A stretch of 58,544 nt of DNA, filler included, from Sphacelaria rigidula (taxonomy: Eukaryota): the NCBI GenBank assembly GCA_964200075.2. It is 7 parts of 7 records of this genome, joined end to end, with 100 filler letters (N's around TTAATTAATTAA, not from the genome) between each part and the next. Parts side by side here need not be neighbours in the genome. Positions count along the whole stretch, not along the records: positions 50,268 to 58,544 come from CAXNAA020011679.1; 6 more parts are not named here. The stretch is one strand, 5' to 3'. The notes beneath the pieces were generated by a model. The model was not told the origin of the DNA, did no database searches, and saw only the letters and a program-made list of their open reading frames with translations. The translations under genes were made by a program, and so were the position numbers. This document shows, one piece after another, positions 57,002 through 58,544 of this stretch (the first letter of the stretch is position 1; each line of letters opens with the position of its first letter).

Positions 57002-58544
57002 ATGATGGGTTCCATGACAGCACAGTCCCGTGTAACATTGCACGACTCCCAAATGCGCAATGACCAACTCCAGTGTTTTCCTATTGGATTTGATCACCCA
57101 GTTGTATTTCCGAGTGGTAGTAATCAGTGCCAGTTGGATCCTATCGCCCCGCGGAATCGGCAGTCATGTCGCGTAGCGCCTACCGCCTCACAAGCAGGAA
57201 CATCTTCTGATACGGTAGCTGCTACCCCTACGACCGTTCATCGTAGGATGGAACGTTTACAGAGACTCCCCAGCCCCGAGAAGGACTCAGGAGTCCAGTC
57301 GAACGCGGTACCACACGCGTGCGAAATTCCGCGTGTGCCCGGTCCCCTTTTATTTGGTGAGCGTAAGTTTTCGTGCACTATGCGCGCCAGTGCCGAACCC
57401 TTGCTTTCCGTAGCTCAGCGGGTTGGGAAGGAGCCCCAAGCGACAGTGACTACAAAGCACCACGCGTGTAGCCAAGAACGGACTGACCTTGTCAACTTCC
57501 CAAAAGCCCCTGGAACAGCCGGCTCTAGAGTGCGCTATACGCGACACCAGGAGAGGGCTCTTCCGGATGAAACTGTAAATAAACCTGTAGTTGCCGCTGC
57601 ATCCGCCCACCAAGAAGGTGCCCGGGTGCCGGGCACAGCGGATGAAGGCCTTGTCGTAGAACAGGTCGGCGTTTCCCAGATCCCGACCAGATCAGCACCG
57701 TTTCCTGCCGACCTCTCGGAATCTATGTTGGAAAATAAAGTAGCGTTGACAACTGTTGGGACAGTAAAACCGCTACGCCCTGCATGTATGTCTCATGGTG
57801 CCGGACAACCCCCGGCTGTACCGTCCAAATTGCAGTCCGATCAGGACTGTTTCTCCCCTGTTTCTCACAGCTCCAAACAATTATCGCCAACATCCACGTT
57901 CACTTCCTTTCCCAGGCGTCGTCCATCCCTGACTGTGTACGAAATCCAACATTCGTCTACTGCCCCACTCGCCATGCAAAACCCCCCGTGCCACGACGGC
58001 CCTTCGGAAAACACATTCGCTCCGGAGGATCAATCTCGAATTTATTTTAGTACCATTGCCCAACAACACAAGAGCGATGTGGCTGCCGACCACTTGTCGG
58101 AATACGGACCCGACTTGGTCAGTGGAACCGCACTCATGGATGACGCCTCCTTCACCACCCGAATAGGTATACATAGTGGAGTGCATGCAACACGTCCTTT
58201 GCTGGCCGTTGCCCTGCCCGACACTGGCTCGCCACAAACTTTCATCACAGCGAGCTGCTGGCAGCACATGATGAACGCTGGAGCAGCAGATGAACATTGC
58301 CTTTCTACTGTTACGCCTCGTGTTTTTGGCGGTTTTGGTGCCTCCACTCCCCTTACGGTTGATCAATCAGTACGACTCAGTGTGCAATTCTTCGATGACA
58401 CGGGTCCCACTGCACGATTAGCTGTGTGGGCACTCATTGTGCCCGATGGTTCCATGTCGGTTGATGTTCTCTTGGGACGTGATAGCTGGCTACGTTTTTC
58501 CACACATACATACACGACAAACTCACCTGTTTCGAACCGACCAC
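57002..58544 (+). mobile_element. Ty3/gypsy pol 5' part (long low-complexity leader plus aspartic protease), open to the window end and related to 36412-38733
   Basis: My translation is stop-free from 56933 to the end, with the first ATG at 57002. It reads ...EYGPDLVSG...ALPDTGSPQTFIT...FGGFG...VRLSVQFF...DVLLGRDSWLRFSTHTYTT. The ORF track misses it because it has no stop codon. Confidence 0.9.

Overview
Repeat-rich eukaryotic genomic DNA, probably from a brown alga or related stramenopile. That is an inference from the GT-AG introns and from Ty3/gypsy proteins resembling those I recall from Ectocarpus-like genomes. The window is not one locus. It is seven unrelated scaffolds of 8277-8278 bp (1-8278, 8379-16656, 16757-25034, 25135-33412, 33513-41790, 41891-50167, 50268-58544) joined by artificial 100-bp N/TTAATTAATTAA/N linkers. 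Two host genes are recognisable. One is the 3' part of an ERCC6L/PICH-like SNF2 translocase (four exons, 44203-49689, with a huge acidic terminal exon ending in a TPR-like helix pair). The other is an ankyrin-repeat exon (9761-10285). The rest is mostly transposon material: four Ty3/gypsy remnants, a separate inserted LTR, a tRNA-derived SINE family, CMC/CACTA-like, PIF/Harbinger-like and piggyBac-like non-autonomous elements, and several foldback elements. The most interesting signals are a chromodomain followed by a Tudor-like domain at the end of a gypsy Pol (564-1225), and repeated kinase and degron-like motifs in the expanded PICH linker. No CRISPR array, rRNA or intact tRNA was found.
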